64,000 nt of DNA, from the NCBI GenBank assembly GCA_964035545.1, contig OZ037766.1, forward strand, positions 2,046,001 through 2,110,000, given 5' to 3'. Source of the DNA: Bugula neritina. Lineage: Eukaryota > Animalia > Bryozoa. The notes beneath the pieces are model-generated. The model did no database searches, had not been told where the DNA came from, and worked only from the letters and a program-made list of their open reading frames with translations. Made by a program: the position numbers and the translations under genes. Shown here piece by piece: positions 39,537 to 53,593 of this stretch. Position 1 is the first letter of the stretch; every line of letters starts with the position of its first letter.

Positions 39537-41095
39537 GTAAATGAGCAACAGTTTTGTTGCATTTTAAAGTTGGCAGTGTTAAATTGCTGTTTAGAAACAT
39601 TTAAAACAAAAGTAGAATATATTATTAGTAGAAGGGAAGACTACTACATTTGATACAATTGTTTAATTTTGTGCTGTAAATAAGTAAAACTCCAAGAAAA
39701 AGTTTTCTATATGTAAAAGAGATTGTAAAAAGTAGCTTTAAGAGAAAATGGCTGGAACAAGGGGAACTTTCCAGTAATTATATGGGGAAATGCCTGGGTG
39801 AGTTTCAACAATTAAAATTCTTCTGTCACATCAACCAGGTGTGTGATGACCAAACTTATGTCTTAAATTCTAGTTTTAGTTATAAGAAGTTTTCTTTTCT
39901 TGTGATAATACATTTTTCAAGCAGTAAATTCATTTGCATTATTTTTTAAAATAATCTCTAATTCAAATAATATTTCAGGTTTATTGAAAATATTGATTAC
40001 CACAGTATCTAAAAACCTCTCTATTTTGTTTCTTCAAATTTTGGAGGCTTCCATGTGGGAATCGTCTACAGGAAACTTAGCTTAGCTTCTATGGGGGAGG
40101 GGAGGGTGACATCATTTTAATAAATATATTTTTAATATTTTTTGTTTAGAAATTATTTATATCATTTCAGCTAATTATGAAAATACAACCTATTATTCTA
40201 ACCATACAGACATGTATTAAGATGTGAATAATATCTGCAGTCCATCAGCCATATTGGATATACTGAATGTACATTTGGTCTCTGAAAGTAAAATAAATAT
40301 AATAAATTCTGTAAATATAATATTAAAATTATTCTGTTTATAACATGTCAAAATATTATGGAAACTATATGGGCTTGTCATCCACGTCTGATGAAATTGG
40401 GTTCATAAAATATTAGGCTAATTGTTTACACACTGTATATAGTGACACCTGTTATGTAAACTAAGTCATTGTATAAACACTTTATCAATATATTATATTA
40501 AATTTATATGGTAGTCTCCCATCATATTAAACTTGATTTCAAATTTTAAAAAATTCAACGTTCCACTTAACGAATATTTTTAACTATAGAATAATGTAAT
40601 GCAATGAAAAACATGCAATAATTTAGAGCAATTACAATTTAGATAAAGATTTAATATATTTAATTAGGATTATAAAGTGAACTTCAAGTGAATTTTATAA
40701 AGCTTATTCTTGTTGTTATGAATTTAGAATAAAATGCTTTCTCCAAATGGTATATGAATGTGAATATCAATCTGCTTAAACTACTATCTGATTGGATAAA
40801 GCAAATTTTATTTCATTTTTTTCTCAAACAGGCCAGTTTTCATCTGTTCAACCCTAAAAGGTTTTAAACTAATAAGTTTATATCAATTTAATACTAGAGA
40901 GATGCTGTTAGTTTAGTAACAATATTTATCAGCAGAGCTATTATTATCCAGCAATTTCTCACATACTTGTCTAAGGAAGAGTTTAACTTATGAATATTTT
41001 AATAAAGCCGTCTATACTAGCATGGGGATCTACAAGCAGGCGTAATTCTAGTAAATGGGTTAATTGTAGACAATTTTTCAAAATAATTGCACTCA

Positions 41096-41199
41096 TTGGA
41101 TAAAGAGCAAAATGAAGTAGCCAGTAACATGATATCATACAAGATTTTAAATTTGATTGGTTGGATGGTGACTGGGGCCCCATTTTCTCACTATATAAA
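41096..41199 (+). promoter_or_regulatory. CCAAT + TATA promoter of the short CCCH gene
   Basis: Two ATTGG motifs and TATATAAA at 41192-41199, conserved at 46636-46730 and inverted at 62303-62407. Confidence 0.7.
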
Positions 41200-41250
41200 C
41201 CCCACCCCACGTCAGTTTCCACAGTAAAGACAGAAGCTCTGTCCCTGACC

Positions 41251-42110
41251 ATGGCTCAAGTCAATGTTATGCCATTGAGTGAGAATATTAAGAAGAATAT
41301 CATATGCAGGTACCATCTGAAAGGTATATGCATGTTTCAAGACTACCCAGAGGAAGTAAGTAAACATAATTTCTGTTCAAGATATTCATATCAATATTGA
41401 TCAATGAAAAGGTGTTTTGCAAATTTTGAATTGTCTCAAAAATTAAACTTTTGGTTTGATCTCCGAAATTAAATTAAAGAAACAGTTTTATATCGTTGAT
41501 GCAACTTTGTAACAATTTTTAGACTGCATGTTTAATTGTAAGAATAGCAAATAGAACTGTAACTGTTGGTGCATGATTTTATTTGATAATTTCAAACAGT
41601 GACATGAAGGGGAATTATTTACAATATTTTTCTGATTTGTTTCAGTGTGAATACAAACACCTCAACTTCTCTCCAAAGAAAGAAACGATTTGCCAGTATG
41701 CATTGAAGGGCACATGTATGTTTCAAGATACCCCTCTCATGGTAAGTGAGTTAAGGTTTTGTTGCATTTTAAAGCTGGTAGTGTTAAATTACTGTTTAGA
41801 TGTTTATCCAAAAGAAAGCAGGAAATATTATTAGTAACAAGGAAGACTACTACATTTGATGCAATTGTTTGTTTTTGTGCTGCAAATAGCTAAAACTTTT
41901 AAAATTAAATCTTTTAATTTTGAAGTGTCCTTAGAGATTGCAAAATGTTGCTCAGAAATTAATAGTCTAGAAAAATGTAAAGTTTAATTTAAATTGTTAA
42001 GCATCATTGTATTGTAGCCCTAGCCATGTTTCTACTTGTGATGAGAACTTTAACTAATATATTTATTACAGTGTTCCTACACCCACCCTAAGATCTATCC
42101 AGCACACTGA
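41251..42110 (+). CDS. Tandem CCCH zinc-finger mini-protein, RING-less (79 aa)
   Basis: Exons 41251-41355, 41646-41741, 42072-42110: MAQV..CRYHLKGICMFQDYPEE|CEYKH..CQYALKGTCMFQDTPLM|CSYTHPKIYPAH*. Confidence 0.8.
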
Positions 42111-43803
42111 GAACAGCAAGCATCAGTAAGCAACTACTTTTTTCAGGCAAGGCACTTTTAATGGAAGATCTCTGAAGTCCTGTAAAACCCCTCAATCATA
42201 CCTTTAATGTCACAAGTTGATTTTCATTTTATTTGCAATAAAATAGTACATTAAATATAAACAACTTTGCTTTCTTCAATGTATAAATTTTAAAATAAAA
42301 GATGTTTACACTCACAACCAACACACAATATATATATTCAAAATACAACACCTCATACCAGTAAATTATGTGATGGAAAAACCACTAAATTTATTATAGA
42401 GGATATATACTGTAGAAATTTAATGATGAAAAACTATTTTAAAAACATCAATTAGTAGAAAACTAATTTATTATGTGGTGTAAAAAAAAATTTATATTTG
42501 TATTTCCCAGCTTGTTAAAAAGCTTGAAACGCTAACTGTTGCTAATCTAATGCAGTACTATAAATAGCACCAATACAGTTATAAAGAAACATGGTGGAGG
42601 TATTTCAAACTCATGGAGTTGTTCCACCATACCTTAGCATTCATATAAATACCCCATACCCTAATTTTACTCCTCTGTTTATATACAATAGTGCATGGCT
42701 GATTAAACCTATTCCATACATTATTAGATGATTTCATCCCAGATAGCTATGCTGGGACATCTAAATCGGAACTTTGGCCTAGCATCTAAATCAGGTCAAC
42801 AAACTTCTTGTACAAACAAATATTCCATTCTATTTTATTCTAAGCCTAATCAAAGTTAGAAAAAGTATAAATCGAAAATCAAAATATTAAAACATGTAAT
42901 TATATAAAAGAATATAATAATTATTATAACTTAGTAACTAGGCCTGGTTGTAAGTTATATTATACGGTGCGGTAAAAGTAATCTTGGTGTAATACTTGCT
43001 ATGAGAAGAGTAAGGCAGTATGTGTTAAGTTATAGAGGCTTTATAGAAACAATTCATATTATATTTTGTAACAATATCAAAAAGCATCTGCTTTGATTCA
43101 CAAAACTCTTCCTTGAAGAAAGAACAAGAGGGATAACAAACAAAATCCTACAAAAAATCTAGGCAGAATAAATATTGAAACAACTATTCTTTCATAAAAG
43201 AAATGGCTTCTAAGTAGGTGTTTTTAAAGGCTGATTTAAATTATATTATACAAAAATGATTGTTATTTCTATTATTGGGGAAAAGTTTGAATTTAGTTAT
43301 CAAAAATATTTTTCTACATGGTTCAGATGAGAAATAACTAGAAACTGTAACTCACAAAACAACAACAGAAGTTTTATATTTGTAGTCTCAACTTGCTGCT
43401 AACCTAATTTTGATTTTGGGCAGGTCAAACATTCAAAAAGATCTAATTTATTTAATTATAGGGTGAGATGTTTTCTACAAGAAGAATGGTAAATTTCCAT
43501 TTCATGCTTACATGAGAGATTAAATTACAGTTTACCTCACATCTGAGTTAAGCTGTATAATAGCCGAGTCTAATTGTTGACTCAATTATTTGAACTTGAG
43601 TTTACTCAGTAAATTCTAACAAGTAGAGCACTTGTCAAGCACAATTATCTGAGGTAATTGCTGGGTGTAATGGCTGAGCAGGTTGAGGCAATTATCTGAC
43701 TTTAAATAAACCTATTGACTCAACTATTTGAACTTGAGGTTGCAAGTTCTTGGGAGTATTTTTATACTTTTTGAAGTTATCTTCTGATGCAATTTCTCAG
43801 TTT

Positions 43804-44264
43804 GGTTTCATCCCACTTAGACGATTTTTAATTTTGGTACAATCTATATATAGTAATATACAAATATAACTGTTGCATTTGCTGCTAAACAATAAACAAG
43901 CTACCAAGCCAGCTATTTGTTTCAATTCAATACTAATTTAGCTACAGTTTATTTTATTCAGAATAACAGAATAAAATGCAAAAATGCATTTCACAGTCTA
44001 TCACATGCTGCTATATTACAACTTTTTTCTTATTATGTTTTGTCTATTTTTACCTTTAAGTTTAAGGTTTGCGCAAGATGGCTTTAGAAAGATTTTTAAT
44101 GCAAGTGGCTTGCTGGTGGCTTCTTTGCTTTCTATTATGTATTAAATAATAGGATAAAATACATTTATTACACTAGAATTTACAAATATCGTCTAGGTGG
44201 GAATCTTCCAAGTGGAAATCGTCTAAGTGGGAAATATTGCAAATCCTCTAAGTGGGATGACACC
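43804..44264. mobile_element. MITE / non-autonomous DNA transposon (461 bp)
   Basis: 24-bp TIRs ggtttcatcccacttagacgattt / aaatcctctaagtgggatgacacc, TSD TCAGTTT on both sides, 15-bp subterminal repeats. The paralogous site near 37672 is empty. Confidence 0.88.
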
Positions 44265-46635
44265 TCAGTTTCAACCTTGAGTAGAAAATAGCAAGCTTCA
44301 AAATAAAATTTGAGAGTTTGGGAAAAATTTATTGCATATTTTATAAGATTGAGAAATATATTTAAATTGGTTGGGTTGCTGTGTGTTACATAGAGAATCC
44401 AGGAAGAAGCTGGTTCAAGAGAAATACTTAACGTAGCTTTTAAATATTTTTGTAAAATTATGAAAACACTTTGAACTATAAAAATATTTAAAGATGGCAA
44501 AGCTATAAGACTAGATATTTCACATTTGTGCACTTTTATTGCATTTTTGGTAATTTTTGCCAAGTAAAAATATAGACAATCTCAAGTTTTCTTTTACAAG
44601 CCAAGATATTCTTTTTCTGTTATCAATTCTCCACGTAAGATATTCCAGCTGGTAATAAAAGTTGCACGTTTTACCAACGCAGGAAATACAAGCAATGTGT
44701 TTCCAGCTTCATTTATGATTAAAGACTCTATGGTGGTCCAGTTAATCAACAATTTTAGTTTGCAGAACGAGTATTAGAAATATTTAAAGAAAATAATTAA
44801 ACATAAATTCCAACAATCCTTAAAAGCTTCTTCTGAAACTTCACTATCAAGTGTAGAAATATAGATGGTGTAAGACCCAATAACTAAAAACCCAACTAAT
44901 ATAATTTCTTTAGGCTTTCAGTTAATAAAAGAAACAATAAATATTAAAAACTAAACTGCAGTATCATATAAATTTTGTTGTATAATTAGTATTACCAAAT
45001 TTTTAAATTCTTGCAAGTCGGTTATTTTCCAAACTTAAAAGAGATATAAGCCCATTCAAGCTGACTGAGCTACTTTAAGTATGCGCAGCTGATCAGAGAA
45101 ATTTTATTGTAATCTGAACAATAGTAATTATAATTATAGGATAACAGTTTAGTGTGAGGTACATAATGGTATAGCTTTAGGAGAGAATTGCTGAAACAGG
45201 GGAAACTTTCCGGTAATTATAGGAAAAACTTAGGGAACTTTCAGATAATTATATGGAGAAATACCTGGGTGAGCTCCAGCAATTAAAATTCTTCTGCCAG
45301 ATCAACCAGGTGTGTGATGACCAAACATAGAATCATCATCAGTTGTCTTATTCAAACTTTAAAAAGATAAAATAGGTTTTACAGAATAGAATGAACTAAA
45401 AGAATCTCTGTACTGATATGATGAATTAAGTACTCAGAAATTTCAAAGTACAAACCATAAAAGTTCTTATGATATTAAATTCTAGTAATACTTATAATAA
45501 GTTATTTTTTTAATTTATCATTAAATTTTCCTAGCAGTGAACCCATTTGTATTAGTTTATACAAATGCAATGCAAGTAATAGTTTATGTTTATTAAAAAC
45601 ATTGGTCACTCAATATTGAGCATGTCTTTGTTTTAATTTTCAAAATTAAAAATTTTTTCAAATAACATCTTTAATATTTTTTACTTGGAAATAATTTTTA
45701 TCTGTTCAGTTTTGTTGGTGGTTTATTTTAAAAAATTCAATATATTATTCTAACCATACAAGCATGTATAAAGATATATATAATATCTGACCAATGTAGA
45801 CCATGTTGCAGTCTATCAGCCATATTGGATATACTAAATGTACATCTTGTCTCTGGAAGGTAAAGTAAATATAATAAACATTGTAAATATATTAAAATTT
45901 ATCTGTTTATGTTTTAAAACATCATGGTAACCTATATAGGTTTGTCATCCGGGCCTGATAAAATTGGGTTTATAAAATATTAGGCTAATAGGTTACACAC
46001 TTGCTATGTAAATCAAGTCATTGTATAAACACTTCATCAATATATTATATTATATTTATAATGTAGTCTCCCATCATATTAAACTTGATTTCAAATTTTA
46101 TAAAATTCAACTTTCTACGTAACTAATGTTTCTATCAAATTCAACTTCTTATGGAACAAATGTTTCTAACTATAGAGAGATGTAATGCATTGACAAACAT
46201 ATGCAACAATATCCAATAATTCAAAGCTACTATAATTAAGATAAACATTTAACTAAAGCAATAAAAGAAACTTCAAGTAATTTTTATAAAATTTATTTTT
46301 GCCGTTATGACTTCAGAAAGAAATTCTCTGTTCACATGATGTATGAATCCGACTACTATCTGATTGGATAAATCAAATTTTATTTAAACAAATAAGTTTA
46401 TATTAATTTTATACTAGAGAAATGCTGTTAGTTTCATAACAATATTTATCAGCAGAGCCATTATTATCCGGCATTTTCATACCTACATGCCTAAGTGAGA
46501 GTTTAACTTATGAATATTTTAATGAAATTGTCTAAACTAACAAGGGGATCTACAAGAAGGCGTACTTTTAGTAAATGTGTTCATTATATCTAGCTGTAGT
46601 TATTCCCCGGCAGTTTTTCAAAATAACTGCACTCA

Positions 46636-46730
46636 TTGGATAAAAAGCAAAATAAAGTAGCCAATGGCATGAAAGCTCAAATTTGATTGGTTGGATGGTG
46701 ACAGGGGGCTTCATTATTTCGGTATATAAA
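46636..46730 (+). promoter_or_regulatory. CCAAT + TATA promoter of the CCCH-RING gene
   Basis: ATTGG, GCCAAT and ATTGG motifs, and TATATAAA at 46723-46730. Confidence 0.7.
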
Positions 46731-46820
46731 CCCCACCTCAGTTCAATTTCCACAGTAAAGGCTGTAAAGAGAGTACAGACTACACAGAAGAGAGACTGAA
46801 TACAACTACTATATACAAAA

Positions 46821-48310
46821 ATGGCTCAAGTTAAAAATATAACACAGCTAAGTAGAGAAGCCAAGAAAGATATACTGTGCAGATATCATATTGAAGGCAT
46901 CTGCCGGTATCAGGATAACCCTGAAAATGTGAGTATACAAACTTTTTAAAACTATGTTATTTAAAAATATTACTAAATACAAATTAATTTTTGTTTTATA
47001 GCTGATTTGAAATTCAGTCCATGACCTTTAAAATCTAGCAATGCAAACAGTTTTTATTTTTTACATGAACTGATTGATGTAACTTGATGTATCAGAAATA
47101 CCACTACCTCAATACAGTAATATGGAGAGAATATCATTTTGACTATAACTAACCTTACAGTGTGAATACAAGCACCTCCAGGAATTCACTGAGTACTTCC
47201 AAAGGAAGGAGCCATATTGCCCTTTTGCCGTTAGAGGAGTCTGCATCTATCAAGATTTTCCCCTGATGGTGAGACAACTTCAGTGCTCTTTAAAATTTAC
47301 AGCTTTGTTCTTACTTAATCTTATTACAAACATTATTAGTAAATGAGATGAGTAACACATATAACATTACTTCATTTATAGTTCTGTGTATAATTATAAC
47401 CCTTGAAATTCTGAAGTAATTCTACCTATTACTTTTGAGATATTATCATAAAAGTTAAAGTAAAAAATATATGTTCATGATCAGTGGGGATAGTTTAGAA
47501 AATGTTAGGCTTTGTTTAAATTGCTAAATATCATTGTAGTTTAGCCCTAACGAGGTTTATTACTTATAAATGTATAAACTTTACCTACTTTACTTTCAGT
47601 GCCCCCACGTGCATCCCAAAAGAACTCCCTCCCATTGGAAGGAAAACAAACCAGTAAGTATAATATTTAGCACTAGTAATTGGAAACTGTTTTCAGAAAA
47701 CTGGATCACAATGTTCCCTGTAATATATCATTTAGTGTTTAATAAGAATATTTTCTGTAATAAACATTTCAATTTTTTGAAATTCTACATGTTTGCTGCT
47801 AACTTCCAATCTATCAAGACTAAATCTAGATTTCTTACCCTTATTGTTGCAACTAGGTGAAGCAGTATGCTTGTCAAATGAGAATCCCTCAATTTGAAAT
47901 ATTTGTAATGTATCAGTACTCATTCTTTCAGCCAGTGATCCCGGACAAACAGGGTACTACAGATGACTGCTGTATCTGCCAAGATGAAACACGTGATAAA
48001 ATATACCTCAAGCCCTGTGGACATTCAGAGTTTCATATTGAGGTGAGACTTTAACTATTACTTCACTGACAGCTGTTTTAGTTCAGTCTTATAAATAACT
48101 TTATACTAGAACGAAGTGCTATAATTTTGTCATTAAACAAACATTAAATACTTTCATTTAACTTTGCCCAAATATAATTAAATATTTATATGGTAATTTA
48201 CTTGTACTAACTCACTGTTTTTCTCATTTTAGTGTATAAAAAGGTGGATGCAAAGATCCCAAACATGCCCTTTATGCAAGAGGGTCACAACTGGTGTCTA
48301 CAAAAAATAA
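46821..48310 (+). CDS. Miniature tandem-CCCH + RING-H2 protein (152 aa), putative RNA-binding E3 ubiquitin ligase
   Basis: Five phase-0 exons: 46821-46928, 47161-47268, 47600-47653, 47932-48042, 48233-48310. Two C-x7-C-x8-C-x3-H fingers. RING: CCICQDETRDKIYLKPCGHSEFHIECIKRWMQRSQTCPLC. Confidence 0.9.
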
Positions 48311-51300
48311 GTTATTCCAATTTGTAGAAATCTTACTTCACTGTATCTTATGTGTAATAAATTATCTGAAAAACATCTTCATTATCTTCAAATTTATTGT
48401 AAGGCAGAAAATATGCAACTAAAATTAGTAAGCAAAACTTGCTGATCTGACATTGAGTTAAAAAATACAGCACCTCATACAAATAATGTTATATTAAGTT
48501 ATTTATATAACAGCAGTAAAGGTTTGCTTTAAAAAGTGAACTGCATGCATCATATTATCTTTATTCTTTAGTAAACCTCTTTTCTCATTAATTTTATGAA
48601 ACATTTTATAGAAATTTGCAAATCCTACATTTCACATTTTATGAGTTTCTTGATGCTGAATTATTCAAGTTAGGAATATTGCTAAATGTTGACATTCTAT
48701 AAATTAAGTACAATGCAAAATGAGGTCAAGGTCAACTTATGAAAACAGTTTAACTCTTTAGCCTGCAATCTGCAAACGACAAGAGATAGCATAAAAAATA
48801 TTTAGGAAACCATCTACTCTTTCTTCTCTTAACTAAAATAAAATGTTCTCTAACTAACTTCACCATCCCACAAAACAATCACAATGTTTGCTGCAATCAT
48901 ACTTTATCATCTATCAAAATTTTAAGGCAAGAATAATTTTATGTAGATTTAAAATTATTCACTATCCACCAAGCAACTGCTTCAATTCACAAAAACCTTC
49001 GGGTTTTCATTGAAAAAGGGTGAATTTTTTCTTTAGAAAAGATGACTTCTATATAAACTAGATAGCTATACTTTCTAAGCTTTGTATAAAATTGCTAGCT
49101 TTATCTGCAGTATAGCTAGCTATAAAAAATAAAACAGCTACTCTCCCTGTGTGGTCTAGCCAGCTACAAGCAAGGGAATAGCTATAGTTACTCTGTACAG
49201 TATAGGTACAGCTAGCTACTTGAGCTAAGCTATTTTCTGTTGTATGCAGTATATAAGTTAGTCTGGTGTGATACTTAGCAGTTTAACTCCAAGAAGATAT
49301 GAATGAACATTCTCTTCTCTCAACTCGAGTTTATCTTCAACTGAATGGTGAGTAACACTTAAATTGTTTGTTTACTTTTTATAAAAACTTAAAAAAATGC
49401 CTTCTTTTAAATAATCGATTTACTTAATTTTCAGCTATAAGCAACACACACACATATATATATATATTATATGTATATAATGTTTTTATACACATTTGTT
49501 TCTAAATCTAGTAATCAGAATTTGTGTACTCTCCCAAATTGCTTTTGTAAGAGAGTTGAACTTGATAACATTTTAAAACTGAAATAATATATAATTCCAA
49601 CAAGATTACACATTTTTGATGCTATTTTTGTCTGGAGACGAACTACAATATTATGAATTGATAAGTAATAGTGAAGCTTTTTATATAATAGTATACTTAC
49701 TATTAGTACTACACTGCACTCTCTCAAAACATTATTTTCTCTTCATTCAGTTAATTAGCTGCTTTATATATAATAATTAACTTCTTTTTAGAAAAGTTGT
49801 GGTTCCATTTCATTAATCCAAAGTTATTCCTGAAACTGATGAGCTATTTTGAGGAGTGGGACTTGTCTGCCCATACAGGGATTGATAACTCCTGATGACC
49901 TAAAGATAAGTAGAACATTTATAATCCATTTATAAAATTTTTGCAGGACTACATACATTAATAGTACTAAACTACGTTATGTCCTTAAGCACATTACTAG
50001 TATGGAGAGGCTATGGGCTAAGTGTTATCTTTGTTTGTAACATTCAAAATTCTTTATAAACCTTGCTTTTACAATCGACAGTGAAACCTTGTGAGTCTAT
50101 GCCTATAAGTAAATGCTTTACCTATTTGTAACTAAGTGTAGGTATTGACTCACTTCTTGTTATATGGGGAGGATGGTTTTTGCATGGCTTTGTGTTTGTA
50201 TAAACAGCTTGAAATGAATAGTGTTCTTTTATTCGGCAGCTTAATTTCCAGCAATACTTGGTGGAATAGCCTGCTGTATATAAGCTGAGCCATTCCAGTT
50301 TTACAATTGGATTACCAATACTGTGAACTGCTAGCTAACAGCCATAAATATATTTTAATTAATAGTGCATCGTTATGTATAATAATTATGCTAGTATTTA
50401 TACTATACTATGCAGATTGTATATCTTTGTAACTAAATATCTGCATGTCAAATGTCAAATCAAATTGTATACTATGGTAATATAAGACATATTTAATCTA
50501 AAATACCCCTTAACTTGCATTGATTGCATTTCACCTTATTCCATTTGTACCTGGTACTTTTTTGCCTGGTTGTATCCTAAATTTGTTTGCTTTGTATTTG
50601 CTGGTAATACTTCACAGTTATCATAGTTTCATAGTTCAATCATTTTATAAAACAACTCATTTCTGCATTGTATATGTAGAAATATGGGTATTTCTTTCAG
50701 CTAGGCTTCTATAAATTATAGTCTTTTCTGTAAACTGGGGGGTCATCTTACCCTGAAATTAGATAAGGCATTCTATAGCCACACTGAGTGGAAATACTAG
50801 AAAAATAGCTCTATGTATTTTGTTTAATAGAACACTAAGTAGTGTGTAATCTAGCCTTGTAACACCTCTTTTCTGCAGTTTGCTGTCCACATTGTTAGAT
50901 GTGCATTCAGTTTAAAGCTACCAGGGAGCTATATCTGTACCAAAAGCTCTGATGTCATAATTACAACCTCAACATAACCATAATCCTACAAAATTACTAG
51001 GTCATTTGCAAGTTCTAATAAATAGGACATTTTTAGCCCCCCATTTGAATTCGTCAACTTCAATTTAAAGTAAATGTTGAGTTTCCCAACTAGTAAGCTA
51101 GATAACTTTTAGAAGACTGACAGGTGATATAGCTGGCATATACTGTACAGTTGTAGGTTTAGTGTAGATAAGAGCAACAGCCCCTTGCATGTATGAATTG
51201 GATGTGCTGGTTTTTCCTGTCCCTGTTGTAACTGGAAATGGCCATTGTCTTACCTTGTACTCTTTTTGATGCTTCTCTACTTGATAAACCAATGTGAAAA

Positions 51301-52199
51301 CTTTCTCCAGGTTAAGCTAGGAGTATATGACTTTTTCATAAAATATTTATTTGCAATAATTGTTGTGTTTTAATATTATCTTTAGGTGTGCTTATTATCG
51401 TAGACTGAAAATAAGAGATAAGCTGCAAATGCTGGGTTTATGTAACAGTCTAAAAATCAATGAGAAAAAAGCATAATTTAGCGAGCATATCTTAATTTAT
51501 TCTAGCTTTAAAATTGAAGTTTGGATTTGCAAATTGTCTTCGTTATTTCTATTTTGTCCTCCTTGACTTTGCCAGTAAAATTGTCTATGGTTTTACTTGC
51601 AACTAGCAGCTCATTCATAGAGTTGTCCTTCCCCTATTTTGCACTGAATGCTAAAGCAAGAGGGTTAAGCATTGAACTATAACCCCCCCCCATTCATTCT
51701 AGTTTTAGTTCAGTAGTGATAAGTTATTTAAATCTTACTAAGCATTATGAACGTTGTGTGTGTATAGATCTGCATAATTATCTGGAAAAACCAACCAGAT
51801 GATGTAAACTGTAAACATATCAACAGAGGCCTTTGAGTGTTGCCTGCTCAATGTTTTACTTGGATAAATGTATCAGTTCGTATTTATAGCAGGAGGTAAA
51901 GTTAAAAAGTTTAAAGCATGCAAAATATGGTTGTGAAAATTTGTGCAAATATATGTTTTTTAAGCATCCAAAACTAAATTCTTGTTTTTATTGGATCTTC
52001 ATATTTTTATCGGAATTCAGGTTCGAAGGTTACCTAGCAACTTGTGCTTTTTCTTGTTAAAGTTGAATTATTTTTGCTCTTGTCTGACAAGTAATATTTA
52101 TGCAAGCTCTGGCGTGCCAGAGTTCTATTTCAAAAATTTTTGAAACTTAATTTTTTTTCTACGACTTTCGATGGCTTATTAAGCTGTTAGTGTGACTTA

Positions 52200-52871
52200 C
52201 TAAATTAGCAACCTGTATAGTTTTAAAGCTGTTGGCTGTTGATTGGTTTGTCAAAATTACTTGTGGTATTTAATCCTCTGCGATTGAGTTGGCTCCAATG
52301 AAGGTGGTGAATCCTGCTGAATATTGAGTCCATAGTTCTGTACTTGGATCAAATGCTGCAAAATTCGGGGTTGATGCTGGGGTTTTCTTCTCTGCTGACT
52401 GGGTGAGTAGTTGAATCAGCTTCGGATTTTCTGTTTGCTGCTGTTTCATCCTTGCTTCTTGCTGTTCCATCTGTTGCTTCTGCAAATCCATCTGTTCCTC
52501 TTGCTGTGCCAACTGCTGGGTTAGCAAAGCTATCAGTTGGTCTGTAGGTGTAGACTTAATTTTTGAAGTATGTCTAAATGAAGAGTCTTTGAAGATTTGA
52601 AGATTCTGATAACTGCGTAAAGTAGAAGTAGATGATCAGTTGAAAATCCTTGAAGCTAATCCTATCCTCTTCGCCAAAATCTGTTGTGTTTCAAACAGGT
52701 GTATCGATCATAAAATAATTTACAATGAAAACAGTAGAAGTGTTACCACCTTATATATTAACTTGCACAGAAAAGCTGATATAGCTGTATATAAATAAAC
52801 AAAATAAGCGCTGAAGCTAACATGAAAAAGCCATTACATCTTTTAGATTTATGCAATGTCATGCTATAACA
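52200..52871 (-). mobile_element. Degenerate Gypsy-type LTR retrotransposon 5' end (LTR, PBS, gag start)
   Basis: LTR 52871-52682 (TGTTATAG...ACAACA), PBS TGGCGAAGAGG at ~52676, Q-rich gag with PNFAAFDPSTELWTQY..FTTFIGANSI, then stops. Confidence 0.82.
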
Positions 52872-53397
52872 ATTTTCCAATTAATGAGGTATAAAAACTC
52901 TATTGGTATAACCAGATGTGTTCACTAATCTGTATTCTGGCTGATCAGAAGTGCTGCCGACTTTAGAATCCTTCTTTCCTGGTGCATTTTTTGGAGAAAC
53001 TGCTTCATTGTTGGCATTTTTAATGCTGCTTTATTGCACTTTTGTAGCAAGTTTAGTAAAAGCTATTATTTTCTATAAAACTAATTTTTCCTTTAAAAGA
53101 GGAAATTAATTTTAATTTTAAAATGTAGATCTTGACCAAAAGGTGTTTTGAAGGCTATTTAACTCTTTTTAATTAAAAATTTTCTCCACCTGCTGTTTGA
53201 GTCTATCCTGCTCTTTTCTTTTAAAAGAGAAGTGCAATCCACTAATAAAACTATATGTAGCTTTCAACCAATACACTGGAATACTTAAACTTATTTCGGA
53301 GTGGTTCAGAGTGGCTCAGTCCTAGTTGTTGAATTCCACCTCATCACATTGCTAGCACTGCTGTGAAGAACAATGTCAATTATCATTTATCATATAT

Positions 53398-53593
53398 TAT
53401 TTCTTCTCAGCTGTTCCCAGCTTGAGTTAGCATGCTGTAACAAATGTCTACATAACCCTGCATTTCTTAGACCATTAACAGCTAGTGCAACTGTAAATCC
53501 CATTTTAATATCATTATTATTGCCAAAGTTTATTGCTCTACTTAGCTTTTCAACTCTTAGCAAATAATCGATTTCATTCTCTAGCGGTAGCTT
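53398..53593 (-). mobile_element. Second gag capsid-like fragment
   Basis: Minus frame ENEIDYLLRVEKLSRAINFG..ALAVNGLRNAGLCRHLLQHANSSWEQL resembles an LTR-element capsid motif. Confidence 0.55.

Larger units (their letters stand above)
37040..48400 (+). repeat. Left arm of a segmental duplication: two ~6-kb related units in tandem
   Basis: About 37.0-41.2 kb recurs, with indels, at about 43.1-46.8 kb, and each unit leads into a CCCH gene promoter. Confidence 0.88.

Noticed and set aside
42108-42110. Selenocysteine recoding of the shared TGA
   Set aside because: It replaces Trp, not Cys; I see no SECIS element and no RING exon follows.
49299-49900. Possible small gene (MNEHSLLSTRVYLQLN|gtgagt plus an exon at ~49792)
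   Set aside because: Splice signals are present, but the product is ~50 aa with no homology or paralog support.
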